From positions 4,704,001 through 4,768,000 of the forward strand of contig OZ242320.1 in assembly GCA_965208125.1 (NCBI GenBank): a stretch of DNA of 64,000 nt, in the 5' to 3' direction. This stretch comes from Candidatus Latescibacterota bacterium. Its GTDB lineage: Bacteria > Latescibacterota > UBA2968. A model generated the notes under the pieces. The model ran no database searches. It saw only the letters and a program-made list of their open reading frames with translations, and was not told the origin of the DNA. Of this stretch, positions 37,855 to 46,842 are shown piece after piece. A program made the translations under genes and the position numbers. Positions within the stretch are counted from its first letter, which is position 1. The number at the start of each line of letters is the position of its first letter.

Positions 37855-38844
37855 ATGGCAGTGCAGTGTATTCATCTGGGTGTTGGCGGCAGGGGAAAGT
37901 GGCCGGTTGCTATGTTTGCCGAGCGAGATGATGTGGAGAGTGTGGCATTTGTCGATGTTCACGAAGGCAATATGAATGCCGCTATGGAAGTGTCGGGTTT
38001 GCCCGAGTCGCGGTGTTTTAGAACGCTTGAGCAAGCCATGAATAATGTGGAATCGGATTGTGTGATCGTTATCACCCCTCCAGACTCCCACGCGGATATG
38101 ATTTTGGAAGCGGTTAGGGCGGGGAAGCACGTTCTGGTTGAAAAGCCATTTACAAAGACCCTGGCTTCGGCAAAGCATGTTGTGGAGGAGGCCGACCGCA
38201 TGGGGGTCAAAGTGGGGGTGAGTCAAAATGCCAAATACAATGCGGCGACGATGACCCTATCGCGCCACTTGCGGGAAGAGACGTATGGCAAGGCGAGTTT
38301 TGGGCTTTTTACCAAGGTGGGCTGGCGCAGCAAGGGGGTACACCATTCGGGTCACGACGATCATTCCTATTTATGGGAGCGCGGGATTCACGATTTGGAT
38401 ACTATGCGATATATTTTGGGCGCGTTGCCCGTGCGGATGTGGGCACATAGCTTTAATCCGCCATGGAGTCCGTATAAGGGTGGGGCTGGTGTTTCCGGGT
38501 GGGTGGAATTTGATGGGGGAGCGACGGCGACCTATTTTGCGACTTTTGAGCCGCATAAATCGGGTGGCGAAACCCGGGTGGATGTGGATGAAGGCACGCT
38601 TTCTCTTGAGGGTGGCAATCTCGTTTTGACGCGCCGCAAAGCCGATCCCGAAATATTGCCTCTGGACGCTGGTCCTACTTCGACAGATCTGATTGTCAAT
38701 CAATTTGTCGCCTGGATAAATGGCGGTGAAGAACCCGAGTTTTCTGGGCGCAATAATCTGGTGACTATGGCAATGGTTGAGGGGATGGGTATTTCCTCGG
38801 AATCCGGACGGATTGTGTCGCTCAAGGAGTTTGTGAATGTGTGA
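37855..38844 (+). CDS. Gfo/Idh/MocA family oxidoreductase
   Basis: HLGVGGRG, VLVEKPF and ERGIHDLD. Confidence 0.9.
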   Translation: MAVQCIHLGVGGRGKWPVAMFAERDDVESVAFVDVHEGNMNAAMEVSGLPESRCFRTLEQAMNNVESDCVIVITPPDSHADMILEAVRAGKHVLVEKPFTKTLASAKHVVEEADRMGVKVGVSQNAKYNAATMTLSRHLREETYGKASFGLFTKVGWRSKGVHHSGHDDHSYLWERGIHDLDTMRYILGALPVRMWAHSFNPPWSPYKGGAGVSGWVEFDGGATATYFATFEPHKSGGETRVDVDEGTLSLEGGNLVLTRRKADPEILPLDAGPTSTDLIVNQFVAWINGGEEPEFSGRNNLVTMAMVEGMGISSESGRIVSLKEFVNV

Positions 38845-38877
38845 GCAGGGCGTTGCCATCATGCGGATGAGAGATAC

Positions 38878-39939
38878 ATGAACTATATCGGAAGCAAGTA
38901 TTCTCTGCGTGACTTTCTCGAAGAGGGTATCACAAAAAATGCAAATTCAGATTGTAAGGTGTTCTGCGATGTGTTTGCAGGGACTGGCGTTGTAGGGGCG
39001 CATTTTAAGCAGAAGGGTTTTAAGGTTATCTCTAACGACATTCAGTACTATGCCTATTGCCTCAACCGCGCACTTGTAGGCATTAATCAGGAACCTGCAT
39101 TCGCTGGGGTTCTGGATAACCTGATACCAGCAACACGATTCTGCGATGCAACTGACACTATATTGGAATATCTCAATACCCTGAATGGAAAATCTGGATT
39201 CATCTATCGCAATTATTGTCCGGGTGGGACAGAGGGGACAGAGTTTAAGAGACAGTATTTCTCTAATGAGAATGGCAGGCGGTGTGATGCAATTCGGATG
39301 CAGATTGAGGAGTGGTGGCAGGCGGGCAAGCTGATGGAGGATGAGTACTTTTATCTTTTGGCGAGTTTGATCGATGCAGCGGATCGGGTTGCAAATACGG
39401 CGTCGGTCTATGGTGCGTTTTTGAAGCATATCAAGAAGAGCGCGCTGAAGCCCTTGCAGTTGAAGCGACTTGTCATTGTTGAGAGCGATGAGGAGCACGA
39501 AGTCCACAATGTGAATGGGCAAGAGTTGGTTGAGAGACTGTCTTGCGATGTGTTGTATATGGATCCGCCCTATAATCATCGCCAGTACTGTGCGAATTAC
39601 CATGTGCTGGAGACGATTGCGCGGTACGATGATCCGGATTTAAAAGGCGTGACTGGGCTGCGTCCACAGGACGATCAAAAATCGGATTTCTGTATGAAGA
39701 GACGGGCGTTGCCTGCTTTTGATGAGATGGTTAGAAAGACATCGGCGCAGTATGTATTTCTCAGCTATAATAGCGAGGGGATTATGGGTAAGGATGAGAT
39801 TTTGCAGACGATGGGGCAATATGGGAAGGTGAACCTGGCGACGCGGGATTACCAGCGTTTTCGAGCGGATGTAGATCGAGAGAACCGGGTTTATAAAGCA
39901 GATCAGGTGGAGGAGTATCTGTTCTGTTTGAACAAGTAG
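38878..39939 (+). CDS. Orphan N6-adenine DNA methyltransferase (D12 class; M.NlaIII/M.HpyI-like)
   Basis: MNYIGSK, DVFAGTGVV, ADRVANTASVYGAFLK, YMDPPYN and LSYNSEG. Confidence 0.88.
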   Translation: MNYIGSKYSLRDFLEEGITKNANSDCKVFCDVFAGTGVVGAHFKQKGFKVISNDIQYYAYCLNRALVGINQEPAFAGVLDNLIPATRFCDATDTILEYLNTLNGKSGFIYRNYCPGGTEGTEFKRQYFSNENGRRCDAIRMQIEEWWQAGKLMEDEYFYLLASLIDAADRVANTASVYGAFLKHIKKSALKPLQLKRLVIVESDEEHEVHNVNGQELVERLSCDVLYMDPPYNHRQYCANYHVLETIARYDDPDLKGVTGLRPQDDQKSDFCMKRRALPAFDEMVRKTSAQYVFLSYNSEGIMGKDEILQTMGQYGKVNLATRDYQRFRADVDRENRVYKADQVEEYLFCLNK

Positions 39940-39954
39940 TGAGGTACAGGACAG

Positions 39955-41085
39955 TTGATAGATCGGATCACATATATTGCGTTGGTGCTATCCTTCGCTA
40001 CTTACTTTCCATCTCAAATACAGGGTAGAACAATGATTGTTGCAACGCAGAGTTCATCGGAAAAGTCAAAAGACGCAGCCGATTTAGTGGGCGATGGGGT
40101 GGGTGATCAGGAGGAGATTTACACGGCGATTCACGCGCTGCCAGCATCTGGCGGGATGGTGACGCTGATGGAGGGGACGTATGATATTCGCAAGGTGGAG
40201 GGTAAGCTCGGGGGAGTGATTATTGATCGCAGCAATGTGACGATCGTGGGGCAGGGGGCGGCCACGCAGCTGATTCTGGCGCCGGATCAGAATACCAATG
40301 TGATCCGCATTATCGGGAGTGGTGTGGGAAATATTGTGATTCGGGATCTCTGGGTGGATCAGAACCGGGATCAGAACCCGTATAATGGAGCGGAGTTTGT
40401 GAATATTTCGCACGGGCGGTTTGAGTATAACGGCATTAAAGCGTTTTGTGCAGAGCCGGGTGGGTCCTGTCCAGAGCCGACGCACAATATTACGATAGAG
40501 AATTGTACGGTGCTGAACGCGCAGAGGTTGGGCATTATGCTGGATGGTCCCAATATGCGGGTGGTGAATAACCGCCTGGGCAATGCCCATTCCGATGCGG
40601 TGGAGCTTCTGGAGGGTCCGGGCTTTGTGATGGGAAATTTTGTAGAGATTACCGGGCGCACGCATGTGGCGGTGGGTTCTGATCGCGGAAATTCGATCAT
40701 TATGGCAAATAATGTCGTGCATGTGCGAGAGGGGGGCGACCTGGATATTGCTTTTCGGTCCTGGGCAGATTCCGAGCGGCATGTGATTTCCAATAATATT
40801 GTTATGGTGGATAAAGGCGGAAAGCTGGGGCTGGCGATGGATGTGCGTGGGTTTGATACGTCTATTACGGGAAATGTGATTCGGGGGCGGGACGAGGCGG
40901 AGCGCCTACCGCTGTGGCTTACCGGCGCTGGTATGGCGGTTACTGGCAATCATTTTCAGAATGTGGAACTAATGGTGAATGACCAGACCGGCACGAATCG
41001 CCCGATTTTGATTCAGGGTAATGTGATGGAAAATTCTGGGGTCTCGCATGAAGTGGGAAACCTGATTCGCCCGGAGGGAGATTAA
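39955..41085 (+). CDS. Secreted right-handed parallel beta-helix repeat protein
   Basis: Hydrophobic N-terminus; GGMVTLMEGTY; repeated N-I/V-x-I-x-N-N motifs. Confidence 0.75.
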   Translation: MIDRITYIALVLSFATYFPSQIQGRTMIVATQSSSEKSKDAADLVGDGVGDQEEIYTAIHALPASGGMVTLMEGTYDIRKVEGKLGGVIIDRSNVTIVGQGAATQLILAPDQNTNVIRIIGSGVGNIVIRDLWVDQNRDQNPYNGAEFVNISHGRFEYNGIKAFCAEPGGSCPEPTHNITIENCTVLNAQRLGIMLDGPNMRVVNNRLGNAHSDAVELLEGPGFVMGNFVEITGRTHVAVGSDRGNSIIMANNVVHVREGGDLDIAFRSWADSERHVISNNIVMVDKGGKLGLAMDVRGFDTSITGNVIRGRDEAERLPLWLTGAGMAVTGNHFQNVELMVNDQTGTNRPILIQGNVMENSGVSHEVGNLIRPEGD

Positions 41086-41087
41086 GC

Positions 41088-41522
41088 ATGGGAGAAAACG
41101 AGCTATCGTTTGATCACATCCATATTATCAGCGAAGATCCGCGAGCTTCGGCAGCGTGGTACGTCCATAAACTGGGCGCGACGATCAATAGCGAGATCGA
41201 GCTTCGCGCTGCGCCGCAGATCAAGGTGAGTCTGGGAGGGGCGACGCTTCTGATCCGCGGAAGACGCTCCGGTGAAGATCCGTCCAGGCCCGCGCCAATG
41301 CGAGATTTCGAGAATTATTCGAGCCATAATGAATACGGTACCGATCATTTCGGTTTCACATATCGAGGCGACTTGCGGGCGTATTGCGAAGTGTTGCGCG
41401 GTAGGGGGGTGGAGTTCGTGGTTGAGCCCTGGGAATTTATACCCGGCAGCGGTGGTGTGATATGTTATATCGCCGCACCCGATGGCGTTAGTATTGAGCT
41501 TGTTCAGGCGAGGGTGCGTTGA
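41088..41522 (+). CDS. VOC (glyoxalase-like) family protein
   Basis: FDHIHI, DHFGF and PDGVSIELVQ. Confidence 0.88.
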   Translation: MGENELSFDHIHIISEDPRASAAWYVHKLGATINSEIELRAAPQIKVSLGGATLLIRGRRSGEDPSRPAPMRDFENYSSHNEYGTDHFGFTYRGDLRAYCEVLRGRGVEFVVEPWEFIPGSGGVICYIAAPDGVSIELVQARVR

Positions 41523-41607
41523 CTGGTACGTGATTCTGCATTATGTTTAAGATAGGTTATGAAACCCATTATTGATTATTTATGTCGGATAATAGAGGAG
41601 ATTTGAC

Positions 41608-42504
41608 ATGTCAGAAAAAAACTATCGCGTGGCTCCGCCGGGGTTTTCGCGTGATCAGTGGGACGAATTTCAAGAGGATGGCATGCTCGTTGTGGAAGAC
41701 GCGCTGACAGATGAGGAATGCGATCGCTATATCGAGATGGTTGATGCCGCGGCTGCCCGCAGTGAAAAATACGATCCCGGTAAGTTTTTTGGTCCAAACA
41801 ATATCGTGGAGCGGTATCCCGAATTTGCCGAGTTGATCGATCATCCCCGGCATATCGGATTTATGCACGATGTGTATGGCGAATTGTTAAAGCTCCATAT
41901 TTCTCAATTTTTCTTACGTCCTCGTGATACCAGTCGCAACAAATGGCATCCCGATGGCGCGCGCGCTTTGCCTTATGGCGTTTTTTCACCGGTCTTGCCC
42001 ATGCAAATCAAAGTGGCTTATTGGCTGACCGATCTTCCAGAGCCGGATATGGGGAATTTTGTCTATATGCCCGGCAGCCATAAGGGGCAGTATTTTGATT
42101 TTTACGATACCCATGATGAAGTTCCCGGCGAAAAAGCAATTTGTCCAAAGCGCGGCACGATGACATTTATGCACTGCAATACCTGGCATCGCGTGGCACC
42201 GAATAATACGGATGTCGTAAGAAAGAATATCTTTTTGGCTTATTGTCCATCTTGGGTTTGCGAAGCAGACCGGCACCAATGCGATCCCGATTGGCTCGCT
42301 ACACTGAACCGCGAACAGCGCATTATTATGCGTAGCTACAATAGTGGCTATGCGAGAACCAAGCCCGCAGCCAGTGAATTTCCGCTCTTTCTGGATCGGG
42401 AAACGGGTTCTGATCGAGACTATGGCGTTTGGCCCGATCACGTTGAGTTGCATCGGCGCAAACGCATGACCACAGTTGAAAAATTTGAGTTGGCATCCGC
42501 TTGA
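41608..42504 (+). CDS. Phytanoyl-CoA dioxygenase (PhyH) family Fe/2OG enzyme
   Basis: WHPDG, PGSH and TWHR facial-triad motifs. Confidence 0.9.
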   Translation: MSEKNYRVAPPGFSRDQWDEFQEDGMLVVEDALTDEECDRYIEMVDAAAARSEKYDPGKFFGPNNIVERYPEFAELIDHPRHIGFMHDVYGELLKLHISQFFLRPRDTSRNKWHPDGARALPYGVFSPVLPMQIKVAYWLTDLPEPDMGNFVYMPGSHKGQYFDFYDTHDEVPGEKAICPKRGTMTFMHCNTWHRVAPNNTDVVRKNIFLAYCPSWVCEADRHQCDPDWLATLNREQRIIMRSYNSGYARTKPAASEFPLFLDRETGSDRDYGVWPDHVELHRRKRMTTVEKFELASA

Positions 42505-43463
42505 TGCAGGAGGCTATTGTGAAGGTATTGATTAATGATCGCCTGGACGATCACCACCTGGTGCAGATTCAGTCGTCGGTTGAGGATATCGACCTGATTA
42601 TCCCCGAGTCAAGTGATGATGCGCTGGAAATTATGCCCGAAATTGACATCATTTTTGGGGGTATGAGCCGCGATATGTTCAAACGCGCCGAACGCTTGAA
42701 GTGGGTGCAGACCTGGGGCGCGGGCGTCGATGGAATGATGTATGCAGAGTTTGTCCACAGTGAGGTGATTTTGACGAGTGCAAAGGGCACTGTGGGCGTT
42801 CATTTGTCGGAACACGCGATGGCCCTTTTGCTCGGTTTGACCCGGGGTATTGCGCGCGCGATCAGAACGGCTGATTGGAATGAACGTATGCCCATTCGCC
42901 ACGCATCGTGGGAATTGATCGATAAAACAATGGGGATTGTGGGGTTGGGGGGCACTGGATGCGATGTGGCAATCCGAGCGCATGCGTTTGGCATGAAAAT
43001 TATAGCTGTTGATCCCGAAGGCGTCGAGGTGCCAGACTGTGTAGAGGCCTGCTGGAAGATGGATCGTTTTTACGATCTTTTATCTGCGTCTGATGTCGTG
43101 GTGGTCTGCTGTCCGTTGACAGAGGAAACGCGCGGGATTTTTGACCGCATGGCATTTGAGAAGATGCAGAATCACGCGCTTCTGGTCAATGTCACGCGGG
43201 GTAGAATTATGGATGAAGCATCTCTGGTTGAGGCATTGGAAACCGGACAGATTGCCGGAGCGGGGTTAGATGTGACGCCACAAGAGCCATTGCCGGACGA
43301 TCATCCGTTGTGGCATATGCCCAATGTTATTATCACACCGCATACTGCGGGAGGGTCTCCCAATAGGCAGGACCGCATTGTGAATCTGTTCTGCGAAAAC
43401 TTGCGGCGTTTTCTGAATGGGGAAGATATGCTGAGTGTGATCGATAAAAATAAGGGATATTGA
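42501..43463 (+). CDS. D-2-hydroxyacid dehydrogenase
   Basis: GIVGLGG, LVNVTRG, GAGLDV..QEPLP and ITPHTAG. Confidence 0.92.
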   Translation: MMQEAIVKVLINDRLDDHHLVQIQSSVEDIDLIIPESSDDALEIMPEIDIIFGGMSRDMFKRAERLKWVQTWGAGVDGMMYAEFVHSEVILTSAKGTVGVHLSEHAMALLLGLTRGIARAIRTADWNERMPIRHASWELIDKTMGIVGLGGTGCDVAIRAHAFGMKIIAVDPEGVEVPDCVEACWKMDRFYDLLSASDVVVVCCPLTEETRGIFDRMAFEKMQNHALLVNVTRGRIMDEASLVEALETGQIAGAGLDVTPQEPLPDDHPLWHMPNVIITPHTAGGSPNRQDRIVNLFCENLRRFLNGEDMLSVIDKNKGY

Positions 43464-43475
43464 ATACGTTTTCTC

Positions 43476-43505
43476 TTGACACAATGTTACAAATATATTG
43501 ATATT
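43476..43505 (+). promoter_or_regulatory. Candidate promoter of the leader/DUF6785-like operon
   Basis: TTGACA at 43476-43481 followed by an AT-rich -10 region (GATATT at 43500-43505). Confidence 0.55.
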
Positions 43506-43518
43506 TACAACGAAACTG

Positions 43519-43611
43519 ATGCAGGAACGGAGTACAACTGGCCGTATCTCAGGCCAGTTCACTGTATTACTCAGTATAATTCTATTATTTAATGGTCTCG
43601 GGCAAGGGTGA
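43519..43611 (+). CDS. Putative attenuator leader peptide MQERSTTGRISGQFTVLLSIILLFNGLGQG (30 aa)
   Basis: Cluster GTA TTA CTC AGT ATA ATT CTA TTA (V L L S I I L L); stop codon lies inside a predicted antiterminator; followed by a terminator. Confidence 0.6.
   Translation: MQERSTTGRISGQFTVLLSIILLFNGLGQG
43524..43561 (+). repeat. 38-nt hairpin element, copy 2
   Basis: GGAACGGAGTACAACTGGCCGTATCTCAGGCCAGTTCA; stem AACTGGCC/GGCCAGTT. Confidence 0.7.
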
Positions 43612-43623
43612 CTCGAGGTCATG

Positions 43624-43686
43624 TGCCCTTCTCTCAAGTAGGAATCCCTGTGTTGGGATCACCGAATCGGGAGAAGGGCGTTTTTT
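43624..43686 (+). terminator. Conditional (attenuator) terminator upstream of the 43751 gene
   Basis: TGCCCTTCTCTC (43624-43635) pairs with GGGAGAAGGGCG (43669-43680); inner ATCCC/GGGAT hairpin; then TTTTTT. Confidence 0.7.
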
Positions 43687-43750
43687 GTGTGGCAGCACCC
43701 TCGTAAGGCGTTATATTAGGCGGTCAGAAAGGTAAGAAGGAGGTTTTTGA

Positions 43751-45697
43751 GTGGCTTTAGCAAGAGAAACTGTTGTTCCTGAATCTGCCAGACCCGCCGT
43801 GACATTCCGCGCACTCGTTTTGGGTACTTTTCTTACGGTGATGGCGACGAATGCCGGATCTTATGCGAGATTTATTCTTCACACTACGAGGTTGGATCAA
43901 AATCATCTTTCAGTCGCTGCTGTTTTTCCCATTGTTGTGATCGCGCTCGTGCTTTTGCGCCCGCTCAAGCTGAGTCGGGGCGAGCTTATTGTCATGTTTA
44001 CTATGGCATTGATTGGCGCGACTATGCCCACGTATTTTGTCGGTAAATTGATCGCCAATTTTACGGTGCCGTACTATCTGGCAACCCCCGAGAATCAGTG
44101 GGCTACCTATTACGAACCCTATTTGCAAGAGTGGTCTATCCTGCCTGCGGGCGAACCCCTGCGATGGTTTTTTGAAGGGCTGCCGCGCGGGGTTTCCGTG
44201 CCGTGGGATGCGTGGATTGTGCCCGTGTTCTGGTGGATGACTGTGATTGTGGCTTTTTATGGTTGCTGCCTTTTTCTAATGGTCATTCTGCGAAAGCAGT
44301 GGATAGAGCACGAGCGCATTGACTACCCGTTGATGGAAATGCCTTTAGCTGTGATGGAGGAGGACAATCGGCAGGGTTTTTTCCCAATTCCCATTATGAA
44401 TAACCCGTTGTTCTGGGCGGGTTTCAGTCTCACGTTGTGTATTATCCTGTGGAATGTCATTTCCTATTTTAGTCCGACTTTTCCGACGATTCCATGGCGC
44501 TTTGCGAGTATTCAGTTTGGGCGCGAATTTCCCCCCATTCCCGTACGGCTATATTTGATGGTTGTGGGCTTTGGGTATTTTATAAATCTGGATATTTCGC
44601 TGAGCCTGTGGGTGTTCAATGTGCTGACCAATCTGGAAAATGGCTTTTTTAATCGCTTTGGTCTAAAGGCCGGTACAGATGAAGAGTATTCCACAGGGCC
44701 GCTGGCGATGGGCGCGCAATCCATGGGGGCATTTATCGTAGTGGTGCTCGTGGGATTCTGGATGGCGCGCGGGCACTTGCGCGGGGTTTTTCGCAAGGCA
44801 TTTTATCGCGATGATTCGGTTGATGATTCCGATGAGATCGTTTCTTATCGCACGGCGGTTTTTGGCATTATAGCCTGTTCTGCCTATCTGGTCGTCTGGC
44901 ATTTGGCAACGGGCATGGCGTTTAAGTATATCCCGATTTTTCTGTTTGGTGCTCTGGTCATGTATCTGGGGATTACGCGGGTTATTGCAGAGACCGGTCT
45001 GATTTCTATTCGCGCCCCCCTGATGCCGCAGCCTTTTGCCATGTTTGTGATGGGGTCAGATGTGCTTTCGCAGCAGACGCAGGTTTCTATCGCGCTTTCG
45101 TATTCCTGGTGTAGCGATACCAAAACCACAATCATGCCCGCGCTTGCCCATTCTGTAAAGCTTTACGATACTGTTCGGGTCAATCAGCGCAGGTTGATCA
45201 TTCCCATTGTACTGGCGATGGTCGCAGGGGTGGTAGCTACATTTATCTATACGATTTACATGGGTTATTTGAATGGTGCTGCGAATTACGGCGGTATTTT
45301 TCACGGGGGTCTCGCGCGGTTTCCCTGGGATAATCTGGTCAAGAAGTCGAAAGATCCATTTTCTGTGCAGTGGTTGCCCATTATGTATATGGGTATTGGC
45401 GCTGTGGTGACACTGCTTTTTATGATTTTGCGCTATCGGGTTTCGTGGTGGCCGCTGCATCCGATTGGATTTGCTGCTGGGCCAGTTTATCCGGTTAATA
45501 ATGTCATTTTTGCAATTTTTCTCGCCTGGGCGATTAAGTCTATTGTTTTGCGGATTGGAGGTATTCGCGCCTATCGGGCTGGTCGGCCGTTTTTTATCGG
45601 GCTTATTATGGGGCATTTTGTCGGGGCTGGTATTTCGTTTGTCGTCGATATGATCTGGTTTCCGGGGCAAGGGCATAGCATTCCGTTTTCAGATTAG
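43751..45697 (+). CDS. DUF6785/DUF6784-like polytopic membrane protein (putative transporter)
   Basis: About 15 TM segments; LRKQWIEHERIDYPL; RVIAETG; WWPLHPIGF; RPFFIGLIMG; AAGGAGG RBS with GTG start. Confidence 0.8.
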   Translation: MALARETVVPESARPAVTFRALVLGTFLTVMATNAGSYARFILHTTRLDQNHLSVAAVFPIVVIALVLLRPLKLSRGELIVMFTMALIGATMPTYFVGKLIANFTVPYYLATPENQWATYYEPYLQEWSILPAGEPLRWFFEGLPRGVSVPWDAWIVPVFWWMTVIVAFYGCCLFLMVILRKQWIEHERIDYPLMEMPLAVMEEDNRQGFFPIPIMNNPLFWAGFSLTLCIILWNVISYFSPTFPTIPWRFASIQFGREFPPIPVRLYLMVVGFGYFINLDISLSLWVFNVLTNLENGFFNRFGLKAGTDEEYSTGPLAMGAQSMGAFIVVVLVGFWMARGHLRGVFRKAFYRDDSVDDSDEIVSYRTAVFGIIACSAYLVVWHLATGMAFKYIPIFLFGALVMYLGITRVIAETGLISIRAPLMPQPFAMFVMGSDVLSQQTQVSIALSYSWCSDTKTTIMPALAHSVKLYDTVRVNQRRLIIPIVLAMVAGVVATFIYTIYMGYLNGAANYGGIFHGGLARFPWDNLVKKSKDPFSVQWLPIMYMGIGAVVTLLFMILRYRVSWWPLHPIGFAAGPVYPVNNVIFAIFLAWAIKSIVLRIGGIRAYRAGRPFFIGLIMGHFVGAGISFVVDMIWFPGQGHSIPFSD

Positions 45698-45724
45698 AAT
45701 TAATCATTTTTTAGGAGCTTCGAA

Positions 45725-46816
45725 ATGCAAATTACAGGTATTGAACTCGACGTCGTGCATGTCAATCACCGCGGGGATTGGGTGTTTGTACATGTGCTTA
45801 CGGATGAGGGTATCCAGGGGATAGGGGAGATGCGCTCGGGCAGCAATTATGCGGCGCAACTATCGGCTTTGCGCGATTTGGGCGAAGCGGCCAAAGGGTG
45901 CGATCCGAGAAAGATTGAGGCTTTTGTGTCGCGCTATACAAGCACGGAACGCACAAAGGTGGAATTGTTCGCCTTGAGTGCATTTGAACAAGCGCTATGG
46001 GATATTTTGGGCAAATCGCTCAATGCGCCTGTTCACGCGCTTTTGGGGGGCGCCTGTCGAGACGAGATCCGCCTGTATGCGAATATCAATCGGGCGACGA
46101 CAGACCGTTCGCCTGAGGGATTTGCCAAAAATGCTGCTGCTGCGGTGGCCGAGGGATTTGATGCGGTCAAGCTGGACCCTTTTGACGGGGTACGCGGTGC
46201 CGATAATGCCAGAGACGCTGCAAGGGGAATTGCGTGTATGCGTGCAGTTCGGGAAGCTATCGGGACAGAGGTCGATTTGCTCGTGGATTGTCACAGTAAG
46301 TTCACGGTTCGCGGCGCGATTGAGGTCGCGGATGCGTTGCGCGATGTCAATCTGTTCTGGTTTGAGCAACCCACACCCGAATCGAGTCTCGACAATTGTC
46401 TTGCCGTAAAAGAAGGGTGTGGGTTGACCATTGCGGGAGGCGAGCAGCGGGGCTTGCGACGGGATTGGGTTGAGGTGGTGGAGAATCTCAGCATGCATAT
46501 TCCCATGCCCGACGTGACGGTTGTGGGCGGTATCGGCGAGTTAAAAAAAATAGGGGATATGCTCCACGCCTGGGGGCTGCCCACCGCACCACATGGTCCC
46601 TTTGGTCCGGTGGTGATCGCGGCTGGCGTGCATGCGATGGCTTCTTTACCCGGATTTCTCATTCTGGAATACGGATGGGGAGAGATTCCCTGGCGAAAAG
46701 ATCTGACCATTCCCGGCGAGAAGATTGTGAATGGACGCATTCGCATCAATGATCGGCCGGGCCTCGGCGTTGAATTAAATCCCGAGATGGTTGAGAAGCA
46801 CAGAGTTCAGGTGTGA
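45725..46816 (+). CDS. Enolase-superfamily dehydratase (galactonate dehydratase-like)
   Basis: WVFVHVLTDEGIQGIGE, EQALWDILGK, KLDPFD, VDCH, WFEQP, GGE and PGLGVELN. Confidence 0.88.
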   Translation: MQITGIELDVVHVNHRGDWVFVHVLTDEGIQGIGEMRSGSNYAAQLSALRDLGEAAKGCDPRKIEAFVSRYTSTERTKVELFALSAFEQALWDILGKSLNAPVHALLGGACRDEIRLYANINRATTDRSPEGFAKNAAAAVAEGFDAVKLDPFDGVRGADNARDAARGIACMRAVREAIGTEVDLLVDCHSKFTVRGAIEVADALRDVNLFWFEQPTPESSLDNCLAVKEGCGLTIAGGEQRGLRRDWVEVVENLSMHIPMPDVTVVGGIGELKKIGDMLHAWGLPTAPHGPFGPVVIAAGVHAMASLPGFLILEYGWGEIPWRKDLTIPGEKIVNGRIRINDRPGLGVELNPEMVEKHRVQV

Positions 46817-46842
46817 TGTCCCAAAAAACAAAGGAGTATTCG

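Noticed and set aside
43500-43700. Known riboswitch or T-box in this leader
   Set aside because: No T-box consensus (GGTGGTACCGCG-like) or aptamer motif that I recognise; a leader-peptide model fits better. An Rfam scan was not run.
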